Of a DNA stretch of 64,000 nt, positions 46,379 to 56,004 are shown piece by piece. Origin of the DNA: an uncultured Candidatus Bathyarchaeia archaeon (GTDB taxonomy: Archaea > Thermoproteota > Bathyarchaeia > TCS64); assembly GCA_964587735.1 (NCBI GenBank), contig CAZPMB010000001.1, positions 15,464 through 79,463 of the forward strand. Reading direction: 5' to 3'. The notes under the pieces are model-generated. The model did no database searches. It was not told the origin of the DNA and worked only from the letters and a program-made list of their open reading frames with translations. The position numbers and the translations under genes were made by a program. The number at the start of each line of letters is the position of its first letter. The stretch's first letter is position 1.

Positions 46379-49084
46379 TTAAGAAACTCTTACTGTCTTC
46401 TCCACCCGAACTGCACACACCTTGAACTCGGGTATCTTAGATACGGGGTCAAGCGCAGCATTGGTTAACAGGTTGGCGGCGGCCTCCGAGAAATGGAACG
46501 GTATGAAGATTGAGCCCTCTGGTGAGCGCTCCGTAATATTGGCCTTAGCCACAATCACGCCCCTTCTAGACTCGACCCTTACCTCTTCCCCGTCCTCCAC
46601 GCCTAAACGCTTCGCGTCGTTAGGGTTAATCTCAACCAAGCACTCCGGGATTAAAGTGTCAAGGACCTCGGACCTTCTGGTCATTGTCCCTGTGTGAAAG
46701 TGCTGGAGCAGTCTCCCTGTCGTGAGCAAGAGGGGGTAATCTTCGTCGGGGTACTCCGCCGGTGAGATATACTCAACGGCGTGAAAACGCCCCTTCCCGC
46801 GGGCGAACTGATCCCTGTACATGAACGCCGTTCCAGGGTGATTCATGTTAAGGCAAGGCCATTGAAGGCCACTAGTCTCGAGCCTGTGGTGGTGAACCCC
46901 TCCGTATATAGGAGTCAAAGCTGCGATTTCATCCATTATATCAGATGAGGAGCCATAACTCATCTTGTAGCCCATCCGGCCAGCGAGTTTACAGACGATC
47001 TCCCAGTCGGGTAAGCTTGTGCCTATGGGCTCTATTGCCTTCCTGACGATCTGAATGCGACGTGCCGTATTCGTGAATGTCCCGCCTTTCTCTGCGAATG
47101 ATGTGGCTGGCAGCACGACATCAGCTATCTGTGCAGTCTCTGAAAGGAAGATGTCTTGGACAACGAGGAACTCCAGTTTACCGAGCGCCTCCCTGACATG
47201 GTTCAGATCGGGGTCGCTCATCAAAGGGTTCTCCCCTATCACATAGAGCCCCTTCAGGCCGCCATTGTAAGCAGCATTGATCATCTCCACAACGGTAAGG
47301 CCTGGCTCACCGCTGAGGGAAACACCCCAAGCCTCCTCAAACTTGATCCTTGTAGCCTCGTTGTCAATCGACTGATAACCAGGATATATGTTAGGGAGCG
47401 CGCCCATGTCACAGGCTCCCTGAACGTTGTTCTGCCCTCGCAGCGGGTTGACCCCTGTAGACTCCCGGCCCACATTCCCCGTGAGCATGGCGAGGTTCGC
47501 CATCGAAAGCACGTTGTCCGTACCCGTTATGTGCTGCGTGATGCCCATGCTGAAGACTATGGAGGCCTTTTCAGCGCCTCCGAAGAGGATCGCCGCCTCC
47601 TTGATCGCATCCTCGGGTACCCCAGTGATCTCCTCGACTAGGTCTGGCGTGTATCTCTCAACCGTTCTTTTGAATTCCTCGAAGTTCTCGCAACGACTTC
47701 GTATAAACTCCTCGTCGTGCAGGCCTTCATCAATGATGACATTCATCAGGCCGTTCAAAAGTGCTACATCAGTGCCGCCCCTCTGCCTCAGCCAAATAGT
47801 GGAGTGGTCGACGAGGTCTATCTTCCGGGGATCTGCGACGATAAGCTTCGCTCCCCTCTCGATGATGGCCTGTTTTATGTACATGGCGATGACCGGGTGG
47901 TTCTCGGTGGTATTGGAGCCTGTGACGAAGATGACATCTGCGCCCAGCAGTTCCCTGATGGAGTTCGTCATGGCGCCTGAACCGAAGGCCTTCGACAACC
48001 CGGCGACCGTGGGCGCGTGACAGAGCCTGGCGCAGTGGTCTACGTTATTATTGCCAAAACACATACGCACAAATTTCTGAAAGATGTAGTTATCCTCGTT
48101 AGTACACTTGGCCGATGCGAGGCCCGCAAGAGCGCTGTTGCCATATACTCTTTTCAGTTCCTGGAATTTTGAGGCGACCAGATCCAATGCCTCATCCCAT
48201 GTGGCTGGCTCGAGCTTGCCTTCTCTTTTTATCAGAGGGGTAGTAAGCCGGTCCTGGGAGTTAACCCAGTCGTAGCCGAAACGTCCCTTGACGCATAGGC
48301 TCCCCCTATTCTCCACACCGCCTTCTGCGCCCCTCACCTTGACTATCCGCCCGTCTTTGACATACAGCTCCACAGTGCAGCCCACGCCGCAGTAAGGGCA
48401 AGTGGTATCCACTCGCTTCAGCTCCCACCACCTCCCCATGAATCTAGACTGCTTCTCTATCAAGGCGCCAGTGGGGCACACCTGCAGGCACTCTCCGCAG
48501 TAGGTGCAGTCTGTATTGATTAGCGGCTGGCTCATACCGGACGCGATCCGGACATCGCTCCCGCGCTCCACGAAACCCAGGATATGCTCAACCCTCTCAT
48601 CTTGGCAGGCAGAAACACACCTGCCACAGAGAATGCATTTACTGGGGTCGCGTATGATAGCCGGGCTTGAACTGTCAGCAGGATCATTGGGTTCAACGAT
48701 CTCGAAGCTCAGACTGTCCATATCGATCTCCATATCGTATGCTAGGTCCTGGAGATCGCAGTTACCGTTGCTCTCACACGTGAGGCAGTGGATCTTGTGC
48801 CTCGTGAGAAGCAGTTCCACCACCATCTTGCGGGCCTGTCTGACCCTTTCGCTGTCGGTACGAACGATCATGCCTTTCCTGATGGGTGTAGCGCACGATG
48901 CCTCCAATCGCGGGGCTCCCTCTATCTCGACGACGCAGACGCGGCAGGCCCCCGTTATAGGAAGTCGGGGGTGGTGGCAGAGTGTTGGGATGTGTACGCC
49001 ATTCTCCTTGGCAGCCTCAAGTATGGTCTGACCGGACTTACCTGAGACCCTTCTCCCGTCGATTGTCAATTCAATTTCGCTCAT
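46379..49084 (-). CDS. fdhA: Formate dehydrogenase catalytic subunit, FdsA-type (NuoG-like [2Fe-2S]/[4Fe-4S] N-terminus + Mo/W-bisPGD domain), Cys-type
   Basis: N-terminal 2Fe-2S ferredoxin (CHHPRLPITGACRVC), CTYCGECLQVC / CPYCGVGC, and active-site VDHCARLCHAPTVAGL (Cys codon, not TGA). The ATG at 49084 has a GGTGG Shine-Dalgarno. Confidence 0.9.
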   Translation of the reverse strand: MSEIELTIDGRRVSGKSGQTILEAAKENGVHIPTLCHHPRLPITGACRVCVVEIEGAPRLEASCATPIRKGMIVRTDSERVRQARKMVVELLLTRHKIHCLTCESNGNCDLQDLAYDMEIDMDSLSFEIVEPNDPADSSSPAIIRDPSKCILCGRCVSACQDERVEHILGFVERGSDVRIASGMSQPLINTDCTYCGECLQVCPTGALIEKQSRFMGRWWELKRVDTTCPYCGVGCTVELYVKDGRIVKVRGAEGGVENRGSLCVKGRFGYDWVNSQDRLTTPLIKREGKLEPATWDEALDLVASKFQELKRVYGNSALAGLASAKCTNEDNYIFQKFVRMCFGNNNVDHCARLCHAPTVAGLSKAFGSGAMTNSIRELLGADVIFVTGSNTTENHPVIAMYIKQAIIERGAKLIVADPRKIDLVDHSTIWLRQRGGTDVALLNGLMNVIIDEGLHDEEFIRSRCENFEEFKRTVERYTPDLVEEITGVPEDAIKEAAILFGGAEKASIVFSMGITQHITGTDNVLSMANLAMLTGNVGRESTGVNPLRGQNNVQGACDMGALPNIYPGYQSIDNEATRIKFEEAWGVSLSGEPGLTVVEMINAAYNGGLKGLYVIGENPLMSDPDLNHVREALGKLEFLVVQDIFLSETAQIADVVLPATSFAEKGGTFTNTARRIQIVRKAIEPIGTSLPDWEIVCKLAGRMGYKMSYGSSSDIMDEIAALTPIYGGVHHHRLETSGLQWPCLNMNHPGTAFMYRDQFARGKGRFHAVEYISPAEYPDEDYPLLLTTGRLLQHFHTGTMTRRSEVLDTLIPECLVEINPNDAKRLGVEDGEEVRVESRRGVIVAKANITERSPEGSIFIPFHFSEAAANLLTNAALDPVSKIPEFKVCAVRVEKTVRVS

Positions 49085-49093
49085 TGAAACCAC

Positions 49094-52000
49094 CTATTCA
49101 TTCAGCTTCCTGTCACAGTGGAGGCACCTTTTCGCCTCCTCGATGACGTCATTCAGGTTATAACCTTGCTCGACCTCCCTGAAGCCCAGGGCCCTCTCCT
49201 CTGGAGGGAGGAGGAGGGCTTCTACTCTTCTCTGCTCAACTATTTCCGCTTCTAAATCGAATGGAATTTCGTCGATCCTTGCCTGTTTCCTAGCCACCTC
49301 GACCAGCTTCCCGTTACCGCCCAAGAACTTGTCGATGGCCAAAGCAGCCTTTATTCCATCGGCTATTGCCTCGATAACCGTCGCAGGTCCCCTAACAACA
49401 TCTCCTCCGGCGAAGACGCCCGCCTTACTGGTCTCCATGGTGTCCTCGTCCACGATGAGGGTTCCTAATCTGGTCGTAGAGATCTCTCCCTCGCCGGTAA
49501 AGAAGGAGAGATCAGTAGTCTGACCAACTGCGACAATGACCGAGTCGACGTCCACCGTAAACTCTTGACCTTCGACAGGCACGGGCCTTCTTCGACCGCT
49601 GCTGTCAAATTCACCTGGCCTGAGCTGAGAGCACAACATCTGTGCTACTTTCCCACCTTCACCTAGGATTTTCGTCGGCACGGCCATGAATCTGAACCTG
49701 ACGCCTTCATTCTCAGCCTCGGTGACCTCCTCGTCGGTAGCTGTCATGTCCTCCCTCTCTCTTCGATAGTACACGGTGACTTCTTTTCCCCCGAGCCGAA
49801 TCGCCGACCTGGCGGAATCGATGGCAGTGCTGCCTCCACCGATGACTGCAACTTTTTCGCCAAGCTCGACCTTCTTCCCGAGGTTGATATCCATCAAGAA
49901 CCGCACACCCTCGTGGACTCCCTCAAGGCCTTCGCCCTGAATCCCAAGAGCCCTGCCACTCTGTGCACCTACGGCCAGATAGACAACCTTGAACCCCTGT
50001 CCAAAAAGGTCGTTGAAAGTGAAGTCCTCCCCCAGACGCTGGTTTGTCTTGATCTCGACATCAAGTTCGCGTATGGCATCGATCTCGGCATTTAGGATGT
50101 TCTTGGGAAGCCGATAATTGGGTATGCAAACGGCCATCATTCCCCCGGCCACCGGCAACGCCTCGAAGACAGTGGCTTCGTAGCCCATCATGGCCAGGTG
50201 GTAGGCGGCAGTCAGCCCAGATGGTCCCGAGCCCACGACGGCCACCTTCACACCCCTCGTACTCCTTTGATAGAGCTTCGGAGCGGCACTCACGTAGTCC
50301 GAGACGAATCTCTTGAGCAGCCGCAGGGCTACTGGGTCATCGGTTTCACCTCGCCTGCACTTGAACTCGCATGGGTGGTTGCAGATGCGTCCACAGACAG
50401 AGGGGAAGGGGTTCCTCTCCCTGATCAGCGATAGGGCCTCCCCGAACCGGCCCTCTGAGATCAGAGCCACGTACCCATGGGTATCCAGGCCTGCGGGGCA
50501 GGCGTTCTGGCAGGGGGAATCGAACAGGGCTTCGCAGACCCCTGCAGGGCACTTCTTGTACTTAATGTGGGCCTCGTACTCGTCCCTGAAGTACCTGATG
50601 GTGGAAAGGACCGGGTTAGGGCCCGTGCGCCCCAGGCCACAGAGAGCTGTGTCGACTATGATATGAGCCAATTCCTCGAGATGCTCGATGTCTCCCTCCC
50701 TCCCCTCACCCGTCACAATCCTCTCCAAGATATCCAGCATTCTCTGGAAGCCCTCTCGACAAGGGGTGCACTTCCCACAGGACTCGCTCAGGCAGAACTC
50801 TAGGAAGTACCGGGCGATGTCGACCATGCAGGTGTCCTCATCCATGACAACAAGACCACCAGAGCCCATAATAGCCCCTAGTTGGTCCAGTGTCTCGTAA
50901 TCCGCAGGAACGCTAAGCTGTTCCTTCGGTATACAGCCCCCCGAAGGGCCTCCGCTCTGTACCGCCTTGAACCTCTTTCCTCCCTTGCATCCCCCGCCGA
51001 TGTCGTAGATGATCTTACCCATCTCCGTCCCGATGGGCACCTCGATCAATCCGGTGTTATTTATATCGCCGACAAGAGAGTAAACCTTCGTCCCTGCGCT
51101 CCGTTCTGTCCCTATTATTCTATACGCTTCTGCTCCTTTCCGAATGATCAACGGAACGTTTGCTAGGGTCTCCACGTTGTTCAGAGCGGTCGGCTTACCC
51201 CAAAGCCCCTTCTCGGATGGGAAAGGCGGTCTCGGTCTCGGGACTGCCCTCTTACCCTCAATTGAGGCAAGCAGAGCGGTCTCCTCTCCACAGACGAAGG
51301 CGCCTGCCCCCATCCTCATTTCGATGTCGAAATCGAATCCTGATCTAAAGATGTCTTTTCCAAGCAAGCCACATTCCCTCGCCCGCTCGATGGCCAGCTT
51401 TAACCTGCTAACAGCGAGGGGATACTCCGCTCTGATGTACACATATCCTTTGTTGGCGCCTATGGCGTAGCCTGCGATTGCCATACCCTCGATGACGCTG
51501 TGCGGGTCACCCTCTATGAGGCTCCTATTCATGAAAGCCCCCGGATCGCCCTCATCACAATTAGCCACTATGTATTTGGTATTCCCGCCAGCTATTCGCG
51601 TCAGGTGCCATTTGAAGCCGGTTGGGAAACCTGCGCCACCACGTCCCCTGAGCAGCGCAGCCCTAACCTCTTTAATGACATCCTCAGGCGTCATCGAGGT
51701 AAGAACCCTTGACAACGCCTGGTAACCATCTTTTTTAATGTATTCCTCTATCCTCGTCGGATCTATGTTGCCGCAGTTTCTAAGGATGTTTTTTGTCTGG
51801 TGTTTGAAGAAGGGGATATCGTCCATTGTTGTAAATGCATCTTTACTTACAGGGTCTACGTAGAGAAGGCGCCCAACAACCTCCTTATTGACTATCGTCT
51901 TTGAGACAATTTCAGGGACATCATCCGGTTTCACGTGAAAATAGCAGAATCCTTGGGGGTAGATCGTGACCCTCGGCCCATTTTCGCAGAAACCAGCGCA

Positions 52001-52204
52001 TCCTGTCTCCTTGATTCCCGAGACTAGCATGTTTAAACCCCGTTCCTCAAGCTCCTCTCTAAGTGTGGCAACGATTTTATCGGCGCCTTGAGACAGGCAG
52101 CCCGTTCCCAAACACACGGCGATGAACGGTTCGTTGGGATCGCTCTGGGCAATTATTTCCTTTCTGAGTCTTTCTAGATCAGAGGGCGAGTTTAAGTGAT
52201 CCAA
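49094..52204 (-). CDS. FDH beta-like subunit: fusion of thioredoxin-like [2Fe-2S] + NuoF-like (FMN/NAD) + 2x[4Fe-4S] + GltD-like FAD/NADPH oxidoreductase (1036 aa)
   Basis: AVCLGTGCLSQGADKI...CAGFCENGP; NuoF FMN motif GRGGAGFPTGFKWH; CDEGDPGAF; then CGRICNHPCEFKCRRG; VAVVGSGPSGLTAAYHL; VAVIGGGSTAIDSARSA. TTG start with a GAGGAAG Shine-Dalgarno. Confidence 0.85.
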   Translation of the reverse strand: MDHLNSPSDLERLRKEIIAQSDPNEPFIAVCLGTGCLSQGADKIVATLREELEERGLNMLVSGIKETGCAGFCENGPRVTIYPQGFCYFHVKPDDVPEIVSKTIVNKEVVGRLLYVDPVSKDAFTTMDDIPFFKHQTKNILRNCGNIDPTRIEEYIKKDGYQALSRVLTSMTPEDVIKEVRAALLRGRGGAGFPTGFKWHLTRIAGGNTKYIVANCDEGDPGAFMNRSLIEGDPHSVIEGMAIAGYAIGANKGYVYIRAEYPLAVSRLKLAIERARECGLLGKDIFRSGFDFDIEMRMGAGAFVCGEETALLASIEGKRAVPRPRPPFPSEKGLWGKPTALNNVETLANVPLIIRKGAEAYRIIGTERSAGTKVYSLVGDINNTGLIEVPIGTEMGKIIYDIGGGCKGGKRFKAVQSGGPSGGCIPKEQLSVPADYETLDQLGAIMGSGGLVVMDEDTCMVDIARYFLEFCLSESCGKCTPCREGFQRMLDILERIVTGEGREGDIEHLEELAHIIVDTALCGLGRTGPNPVLSTIRYFRDEYEAHIKYKKCPAGVCEALFDSPCQNACPAGLDTHGYVALISEGRFGEALSLIRERNPFPSVCGRICNHPCEFKCRRGETDDPVALRLLKRFVSDYVSAAPKLYQRSTRGVKVAVVGSGPSGLTAAYHLAMMGYEATVFEALPVAGGMMAVCIPNYRLPKNILNAEIDAIRELDVEIKTNQRLGEDFTFNDLFGQGFKVVYLAVGAQSGRALGIQGEGLEGVHEGVRFLMDINLGKKVELGEKVAVIGGGSTAIDSARSAIRLGGKEVTVYYRREREDMTATDEEVTEAENEGVRFRFMAVPTKILGEGGKVAQMLCSQLRPGEFDSSGRRRPVPVEGQEFTVDVDSVIVAVGQTTDLSFFTGEGEISTTRLGTLIVDEDTMETSKAGVFAGGDVVRGPATVIEAIADGIKAALAIDKFLGGNGKLVEVARKQARIDEIPFDLEAEIVEQRRVEALLLPPEERALGFREVEQGYNLNDVIEEAKRCLHCDRKLNE

Positions 52205-52220
52205 TGATCATCTTCCTCGG

Positions 52221-52697
52221 CTAGCTGTATCTGGATAGTATCTCAGGAATTTTGGTAACGGTTACATGGCTGTACAGGTCCTTGTCAAGCCTGACGACAG
52301 GCGCTAGGGCGCATGCCCCCATGCAACGGATGGATTCGAGTGAAAACCTCATGTCTTCTGTCGTCTCCCCTTCCTCGATCTGCAATATATCCTTTACATG
52401 CATCATTATCCTCTTGCCCCCTCGGACGTAGCACGATGTACCCAGACACACGCTGATAGAATGCCTGCCCTTGGGCACCATAGTAAAGAGATTGTAAAAG
52501 GTCACAACCCCGTATACTCTTGTGAGGGGCACGTTGAGCACCTTCGCAATCTCAGCTTGTACATCCTTGGGAAGATAACCAAAAACCTCTTGAGTCTGAT
52601 GTAAAACCTCGATAAGGGACTCCGGTTTACCCCTGTGTTTGGCAATAATATCTTTTAGTTTCGCTGCATTTTCCTCATTAGCCAGTATCGATTCCAT
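52221..52697 (-). CDS. NuoE/HoxE/FdsG-like thioredoxin-fold [2Fe-2S] ferredoxin subunit
   Basis: 158 aa with CLGTSCYVRGG...CMGACALAPVV. First gene of the fds-like operon. Confidence 0.8.
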   Translation of the reverse strand: MESILANEENAAKLKDIIAKHRGKPESLIEVLHQTQEVFGYLPKDVQAEIAKVLNVPLTRVYGVVTFYNLFTMVPKGRHSISVCLGTSCYVRGGKRIMMHVKDILQIEEGETTEDMRFSLESIRCMGACALAPVVRLDKDLYSHVTVTKIPEILSRYS

Positions 52698-52746
52698 GTT
52701 GAAACAGCTCCTTTTCAGATGTCTAGAGGATATATTTATACGCTTG

Positions 52747-53733
52747 TTACAAGGCCGAACGGATTCTTCGGCTCATCTCAATCATGGGGTGAACACCCCT
52801 CCTCTTTGCCATCGTTATAAGCAAAAAGAGAGCACAACCAGGGAGGAGTAATAAAGCCAGCTGATTAAAGGCCCTATAGAACAATGGAGTCTCTTTCTGT
52901 AGCAGCCATGTGATGGGCATCGTGCTCGCTTCTCCCTCCCACCACAAGCTCGGCGTGATCCAGGTAATCCACCGGACCAGATCGCAGCCTAGCGGGATCA
53001 TGACGAGGACAAAGTGATAAAGCCAGAACATTAATCCGGCATCGTCGTCATCGAACGCGAAAGGTGCGAGGAGGCACCCTACATACCAGGATATCAAAGT
53101 TAAGAACTCCAACTCCTTGTGGTAATCTGATACGAACCAGAAGGCGAGGAAAACTATGGGGCCCATAATGAACGGGGTAAGAATTAACCAGGGGAACCTA
53201 CCCCCAGACCTTGCATCCCTCTTATCTGGCATCAAATAATCCGCGAAGAAGATGATAGCCATAAGACCGGCGACGAGGAAGAAGCCTCTCGACGTCTTGA
53301 TGAGCAGGGGAAAATAGCCCAGTACGGGGACTCTATAAATCACCTTCCCCATTACATTCCCCTCCCTGACTGGTTGGGCGTCCTCAACAGGGTTATGGTC
53401 CCCCTTGGTCACGAACCACCACGTTCCGCTCCTGTTGAATTTTTCCACGGCCCTGTGGACGATGTACTCGTCAGAGGAGGTAGACCTCAAGAAGACTATG
53501 ATGTCGCCCTCGGGCTGTGGCGCAGCCACCACATCCCCGAACTCATCTATGTGGTCAACGAGGATGAAGTCCCCGACCTCGAGAGTCGGGACCATGCTCC
53601 CGGAGACAACAACCATGATGGGGTATTGTGTCTTCAAGGTCAATTTCAGCACATGAACGCCCCCAAAGAGGGCGACGGCAAGGACCACAAAGAAGGTGAA
53701 GTACTTCGCGTACTCGATCAAGCCGTCGCCCAT
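52747..53733 (-). CDS. Signal peptidase I (S26 family, archaeal Sec11-like) with extended C-terminal membrane region
   Basis: VVVSGSMVPTLEVGDFILVDH catalytic-Ser box and a downstream GDHN region. 328 aa with extra transmembrane helices. Confidence 0.6.
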   Translation of the reverse strand: MGDGLIEYAKYFTFFVVLAVALFGGVHVLKLTLKTQYPIMVVVSGSMVPTLEVGDFILVDHIDEFGDVVAAPQPEGDIIVFLRSTSSDEYIVHRAVEKFNRSGTWWFVTKGDHNPVEDAQPVREGNVMGKVIYRVPVLGYFPLLIKTSRGFFLVAGLMAIIFFADYLMPDKRDARSGGRFPWLILTPFIMGPIVFLAFWFVSDYHKELEFLTLISWYVGCLLAPFAFDDDDAGLMFWLYHFVLVMIPLGCDLVRWITWITPSLWWEGEASTMPITWLLQKETPLFYRAFNQLALLLLPGCALFLLITMAKRRGVHPMIEMSRRIRSAL

Positions 53734-53760
53734 ACCTGGATCTTCCCTCAGTCTGTGAAT

Positions 53761-54114
53761 CTACGAACTCTTATTCGAGTCCACCCAAGCTGTCAGCAGA
53801 GGGCAGTTTATGGGCGACATCTGGCCACCGGTGAAGCACTTGTCCAGCTCTTCACAGGTGATGCATGGGCAATCCTTTATTGAGTCGATTGTGACGGGCT
53901 TCGTTTGGGAGAAGAGCTTGTAGGTCCACCTCCCCCCATGGAGCACCTTCCTCCTCTCCACAACGCCCTTCTCCTCGAACTTAAGGGAAAGCCTCGAACC
54001 CTCTCGACTCGTTACACCAAGCTTCTTCCACATCTCGCTCTGGAGTACGCCACCGCTCTCTGCATCCAAGATCAGCTGCAACGCCTTTCTTTCTAAATCG
54101 TTATTCCTTGGCAA
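53761..54114 (-). CDS. Winged-helix protein with C-terminal Cys cluster (putative DNA-binding regulator)
   Basis: 117 aa: LQSEMWKKLGVTSREGSRLSLKFEEKGVVERRKV wHTH-like; CPCITCEELDKC. Confidence 0.4.
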   Translation of the reverse strand: MPRNNDLERKALQLILDAESGGVLQSEMWKKLGVTSREGSRLSLKFEEKGVVERRKVLHGGRWTYKLFSQTKPVTIDSIKDCPCITCEELDKCFTGGQMSPINCPLLTAWVDSNKSS

Positions 54115-54135
54115 GGTCTGACCTCGGGTAGTCTG

Positions 54136-54696
54136 CTACTCATAGTAGATGAGTTCATCCTCTTCTAAGATTCCGTGCAGCTTGTGCACGGCCTCCTTGA
54201 CCATGTCCTCGTGCTTGGCCCCCGTGCAAACGAGCTTGCCACTCGCGAACAGGAGCATCACCACCTTCGGCGAACCCATCCTGTAGATGAGGCCTGGGAA
54301 CTGCTCCGGCTCGTACATCACGTTCTCCAAGATGTCAGCGGCTGTCTCAAGGTCGATCTTGCCGTGGAGGTTGGCGGAGGCGACGATGTTCTGGATCACA
54401 ATCTTAGGCTTCCCGAGGATGATGATTCCGTTGTTCTTAAGCTCCCTCACAACCTTGTTCACCGCGCTCCTCGCCATCTTCTCCGACTTTGACCCGGTAC
54501 AAACCATCTTCCCCGAGCCGAAAATCAGGGTTGCGGTCTTGGGACGCTTGAGCCTGAAGACGAGCCCGGGGAACTGCTTGGGGCGATACTCCACGTTCCT
54601 GAAGACCTTCATTATCGCGAGTAGGTCGATCTTCTGGTCTAGAGAAGCAGAGGCTACTACGTTCTCGATGCTTATATCCACTTTCTTCTCGGACAT
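54136..54696 (-). CDS. tbp: TATA-box binding protein
   Basis: Two direct repeats (IENVVASASLDQKIDL...FPGLVFRL / IQNIVASANLHGKIDL...FPGLIYRM). The start at MSEKK (54696) could instead be 54708. Confidence 0.9.
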   Translation of the reverse strand: MSEKKVDISIENVVASASLDQKIDLLAIMKVFRNVEYRPKQFPGLVFRLKRPKTATLIFGSGKMVCTGSKSEKMARSAVNKVVRELKNNGIIILGKPKIVIQNIVASANLHGKIDLETAADILENVMYEPEQFPGLIYRMGSPKVVMLLFASGKLVCTGAKHEDMVKEAVHKLHGILEEDELIYYE

Positions 54697-54735
54697 TCGA
54701 TACACCACACGATGCGAAGGCTTGAGCAGCAGCTC

Positions 54736-55074
54736 CTAGAGGCTGTTCACCCGGTTCAATAGCTCCTTGGGAAGGAGGTCTTGATTCTCGATCTCGACCA
54801 CGGGGAAAGAGTTCAAGCTCGGCTCGTGCATCATCTTGTCGCTCGAACTCACCTCGCCTGAGTAAGCGTTGTAAGTTATGAATCCCCCGTCGATTGCCTT
54901 AGCCTGCTTTACGAAGTAGAGGAAGACCTCGCTAAGGGTTCCGCCGATGATGAAGTATAGATGAGAGTCCCCGTTGCAGAGGTGTTGTATAACGTTCATT
55001 GTAGGGGACGAGGCGACTAGCATGACCAAGTCCCTCAGCGACTTGAGCTGGACAAATTTCATAGCCTTCCGCAT
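54736..55074 (-). CDS. Hypothetical protein
   Basis: 112 aa from MRKAMKFVQL; no recognisable motif. Confidence 0.35.
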   Translation of the reverse strand: MRKAMKFVQLKSLRDLVMLVASSPTMNVIQHLCNGDSHLYFIIGGTLSEVFLYFVKQAKAIDGGFITYNAYSGEVSSSDKMMHEPSLNSFPVVEIENQDLLPKELLNRVNSL

Positions 55075-55201
55075 ATTAATACCCAAACCGCTATTTAAAT
55101 ACTTTAAATAGCATGGCTCATTAATTTCGAACCAATAATTCCTCGCTAGTAGATCAAATGTAAAGAGCTTCAGCCTATTTCATTTAGAGTTCATGGTGAA
55201 A

Positions 55202-55972
55202 TCATTCTAACCTAATCCTTCCTAAGGCCACACCGACGGCGGTCTCGGCTAATATCTGTAGGGGATCAATGACTGGTACAGCCAAATCCCCGTCCTTGAG
55301 CACGAGGGAAACCTCCGTGCAGCCGCATATCACCGCCTTCGCACCACGGCTAACGAGGTTTTTCGCCACCTTCAGAACTATCCTCCTCCCTCCCTCTGGA
55401 TCCCCTGCCTTTATGTGCTCGTAGATGGCTTCCATGGACGCCTTTTGAAGGTCCTCTTGAGGGACGATTATCTCAATCCCTTGTTCGTGGAATACCCCAT
55501 CATAGATGCCGCTCTGAACTGTTCCAACTGTGGCGATGAGACCAGCGCACTTCAACCCAGGGAGTTCTCTACTAACCTTTTTCGCGGTTAACTCGATCAT
55601 GTGGAGTATCGGTATACCGACGTTATCTCTCAGCTCCCCGATGAAGTGGTGTGCCGTGTTGCATGGGATTATTATGAAGTCTGCACCCGCGGTCTCAAGA
55701 GCCCTCGCCGCCTTCACCATCTCCGGCAGGGGATTTGGTCCATCTCCGAGTACAGCAGGCGTCCTGTCCGGAACTTTTGAATTGCTATATATGATCGTCC
55801 TGGGGTGGTCCTGATCTCTCTTTACTTTGGTGGCTTTGATGATTCTGTAAAACAGGTCGGCTGTGGCCTCTGGCCCCATACCACCAAGGATACCAATGAT
55901 CTTTTCTTCAGCCCTTTCCTCATCGGAATCTATATGGTTTGATAAGTGGTTCTTCAAATTCCTTTTCCTCAT
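55202..55972 (-). CDS. Aspartate/glutamate racemase family protein
   Basis: IGILGGMGPEATADLF...IIIPCNTAHHF...ICGCTEVSLV (two catalytic Cys regions). A ~24-aa N-terminal extension means the start is uncertain. Confidence 0.75.
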   Translation of the reverse strand: MRKRNLKNHLSNHIDSDEERAEEKIIGILGGMGPEATADLFYRIIKATKVKRDQDHPRTIIYSNSKVPDRTPAVLGDGPNPLPEMVKAARALETAGADFIIIPCNTAHHFIGELRDNVGIPILHMIELTAKKVSRELPGLKCAGLIATVGTVQSGIYDGVFHEQGIEIIVPQEDLQKASMEAIYEHIKAGDPEGGRRIVLKVAKNLVSRGAKAVICGCTEVSLVLKDGDLAVPVIDPLQILAETAVGVALGRIRLE

Positions 55973-56004
55973 ATATGATTTTAACCGGTTTAGAGGTATT
56001 TGGG

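Noticed and set aside
47000-49000. Selenocysteine (in-frame TGA) in the formate dehydrogenase
   Set aside because: The active-site residue is encoded by a normal Cys codon in an uninterrupted ORF, and no SECIS-dependent readthrough is needed.
46422-49045. Multiple plus-strand ORFs inside fdhA (46422-46697, 47156-47641, 47427-48020, 48504-49031)
   Set aside because: Antisense shadow ORFs of the 904-aa FdhA frame.
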